DNA of 64,000 nucleotides from Vezdaea acicularis (Eukaryota): NCBI GenBank assembly GCA_026025075.1, contig JAPEUI010000001.1, positions 310,001 to 374,000 of the forward strand, read 5' to 3'. Shown piece by piece: positions 61,350 to 64,000 of this stretch (position 1 is its first letter; each line of letters starts with the position of its first letter). The notes under the pieces were generated by a model. It saw only the letters and a program-made list of their open reading frames with translations, ran no database searches and was not told where the DNA came from. The position numbers and the translations under genes were made by a program.

Positions 61350-62064
61350 ACCCCTTGCACGCAGGGGACTCAGTCGTAAGTGAATGGCGATGTGGCCAGT
61401 AGCGCGACTTTTTCTTGGGGACTTCGAGGAGATGAGTATGAGACGCGGCTGTAAACACCGGGAAAACCTGACTTGGGACGAGGAAGACCCCTTCTACAGT
61501 AAAATTGGCGTTGGCCCCCCCCCATATGTATTCAACCTTTCTATAACCCTCTCCCCCTTTTCGCAATCGTCCTTTTTCTTCTTCATGCACCTTTTTTTTT
61601 CGCGCCGGTCTACTACTCCTGCTCCTACTCCTACTTCTACTACTTCTTGGGCGGTGGGGGAGGAAGGGAGGGTGGGGGGGGGGAGAGAGCTGTCTTATTT
61701 TGAAAGCTTTGTACAGAAATGAACCGATTGGACTTTCTCACTTTTCTCACTTTCTGTGTTTTATGTGGCTCTGAACTGGGAACCTGACTTTTACCTCTGC
61801 CATTCTTCTTCAATGAACGCGGGCGGATTCGAACCTACGTTATTATCTACCATTCTATCTGTCCGCGAGGGGGAGAAATCGGTTCCTACTATTCTTCCTT
61901 GCAGGGTCTGTGTCTATTCGTGCGGGGGCCGGGGGGGAGAGGGCAATTCAGGTACATGCTTCAGATAGGGGGAAATACGTCTAAAAAAGGTGCCGAGGAA
62001 CGAATGCACGCCATGTTCTATTTTCGCCCAACGTGCCAAAGCTAGTCACCACGAAGCGTAACCT

Positions 62065-62083
62065 CCCCCCCCCCCCCCCCCCC
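62065..62083. repeat. Poly-C homopolymer (19 nt)
   Basis: Run of 19 C in the region between epsin and GPH1. Confidence 0.85.
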
Positions 62084-62134
62084 TTCTGTTTTAGCTCAGC
62101 CCTTCCCAGAGCCAAAAAAAGGCTGCCGGGGCCC

Positions 62135-64000
62135 CTACCCCTCCTTTTCGGGGGCAATGGGCTCGACATTCCAGATCATCTCGGCATACTCATTGATGCA
62201 GCGATCACTACTAAAGAAGCCCATACGGGCGACACTCTGTATGCACTTACTCGCCCACTCGTCCTGATTTTTATAAGCTTCGTCCACCAGGGCATGGGTC
62301 TGGATATAGCTATGGAAGTCGTCGGAGACGAGGTAATAGTCGCCATGGACGGTGACGGCGGAGACGACAGCACTAAAAGCGGCGGCGTCGCCGAAGGTGC
62401 CGGCGTCGATGGCGTCGAAGACTTTGCGGAGGTCCGGGTCGATGGCGTGGGTGCCATACATGTGGCTGTGGCGGAGGTCTTCGACGTCTTCGGCGAGGTT
62501 GCCGAAGAGGAAGATGTTTTGGTCGCCGATTTCGCGGGTTATTTCGATCTGTGAGGCGGAGGGTTGGTCAGTTGGGGGTATGTGGGATAGGGGAGGGAAA
62601 AGGAGGGGGGGGGGGAGGACGATGAAGGACATACGTTAGCGCCGTCGCAGGTGCCGATGACGAGGCCGCCGTTGAGGACGAACTTCATGTTGCTGGTGCC
62701 GCTGGCCTCGGTGCCGGCAGTGGAGATGTGCTCGCTGATGTCGGAGGCGGGGCAGATGATCTCGGCCTTGCTGACGTTATAGTCTTCGAGGAAGACGACT
62801 TTGAGGAGGTCGCCGACGTCCTTGTCTTTGTTGACGACGGCGCCGACGTTGTTGATGAGGTGGATGATCGTCTTGGCCATCCAGTAGCCTGGCGCCGCTT
62901 TGCCTCCGAAGATGGAAACGCGCGGGACGAGCTTCTTGCGCTCTTCGGGCGTCATGGCTTTGATGTTCAGGTAGCGGTGGATCACGCCGAAGATGTTGAG
63001 TTGCTGGCGCTTGTACTCGTGCATACGCTTCACCTGGATATCGAAGAGGGCAGACGGGTTCACAACTAGTCCCGTGGTATCCTTGATATGTTTCGCGAGC
63101 CGGACTTTGTTCGCATACTTGATCTCCGTCCACTCCTTTTTGAATGCTTTGTCGTCGACGTAGTGCTCCAACTTATTCAGAAGAGTCAGGTCCTTTAAAA
63201 AGCCAATCCCATCCAATTTTGACGCAATCAACTCTGAAAGCCTGGGATTCGCCTGATGCAGCCACCTTCGTGGCGTGATGCCGTTTGTGACGTTAGTAAA
63301 CTTATCTGGTCCGTATATTTTGACAAAGTCCTTGAAAATAGTTGTCTTGATTAGGTCTGAATGTAACTCTGCAACTCCGTTCACATGGTGGGAGCCGATG
63401 ATCGCAAGGTATGCCATCCGAATCATCTTTGGCTGGGACTCTTCTATGATTGAGACTCGGCCTAAGATGTCTCGCTCCTTGGGGAATTTGCGCTCTACGG
63501 ATTGGAGAAAGTACATGTTGATGTCGTAGATGATTTGCAGATGGCGGGGGAGGAGATTCTGGAAAAGGGGGACTGACCACTTCTCCAAGGCCTCTGGAAG
63601 GACAGTATGGTTGGTGTATCCGAAAGTTTTAGTGACGACTTTCACAGTTAGCAGGGTGGACGTTTGGTGGTAATCGTTCACTTACTGGACCAAGCTTCAT
63701 CCCATTCGAGGCCTTCAAGATCTATAAGAATGCGTTGCAGCTCTACTATCCCAAGGGTCGGATGGGTATCGTTCAGTTGAATGCCGACTTGGTCCGAGAA
63801 CTCCAGCCATGGCCTCTTAGACTTCTTGAATCGGCGCACGATGTCAAACAGGGATGCGGCAACCCAGAAATACTGTTGCTTCAGACGGAGTTCTTTTCCA
63901 CGCTCGAGGCTACAACTTTCGTCAGTATCGTTTAGGTCTCCACGCCTTTTCTTACTCACTTGTCGTTGGGATACAGCACAGCGGAGATAGTCTCTGCTCT
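62135..64000 (-). CDS. GPH1: Glycogen phosphorylase (5' partial), multi-exon
   Basis: [63 protein letters not shown] (PLP lysine), [11 protein letters not shown]. Confidence 0.97.

Noticed and set aside
61820..61840. GGTTCGAATCC (tRNA T-loop/B-box) on the - strand
   Set aside because: The T stem pairs poorly and I cannot build D, anticodon or acceptor arms; at most an isolated B-box.

Overview
Gene-dense, intron-containing chromosome segment of a filamentous ascomycete (Pezizomycotina-type GT..CTRAC..YAG introns of about 50-60 nt); I see no transposon, rRNA, intact tRNA or CRISPR. It holds about 27 genes. A divergent niiA-niaD nitrate-assimilation pair lacks an adjacent transporter. The housekeeping genes are a PPR protein, LSM4, EXO70, RPL40, a Yip1-family gene, QCR6, a RING E3, FIS1, SPC24, TOK1, SDT1, a KH-domain protein, a mitochondrial dehydrogenase kinase, the complex I 51-kDa subunit, NUP145/NUP98-96, CDC31, a C2H2 transcription factor, epsin and GPH1. 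The most unusual element is a tandem pair of small secreted paralogues (40.2-41.2 kb) whose shared core resembles, by eye, the N-terminal beta-sheet of animal vitellogenin-like lipid-transfer proteins. Other oddities are a 246-codon in-frame extension of EXO70, an intron-split start codon in RPL40, a hidden 4-exon I9-type protease inhibitor gene and repeated C-rich to G-rich skew switches. All homology calls come from motif recognition, not database searches.
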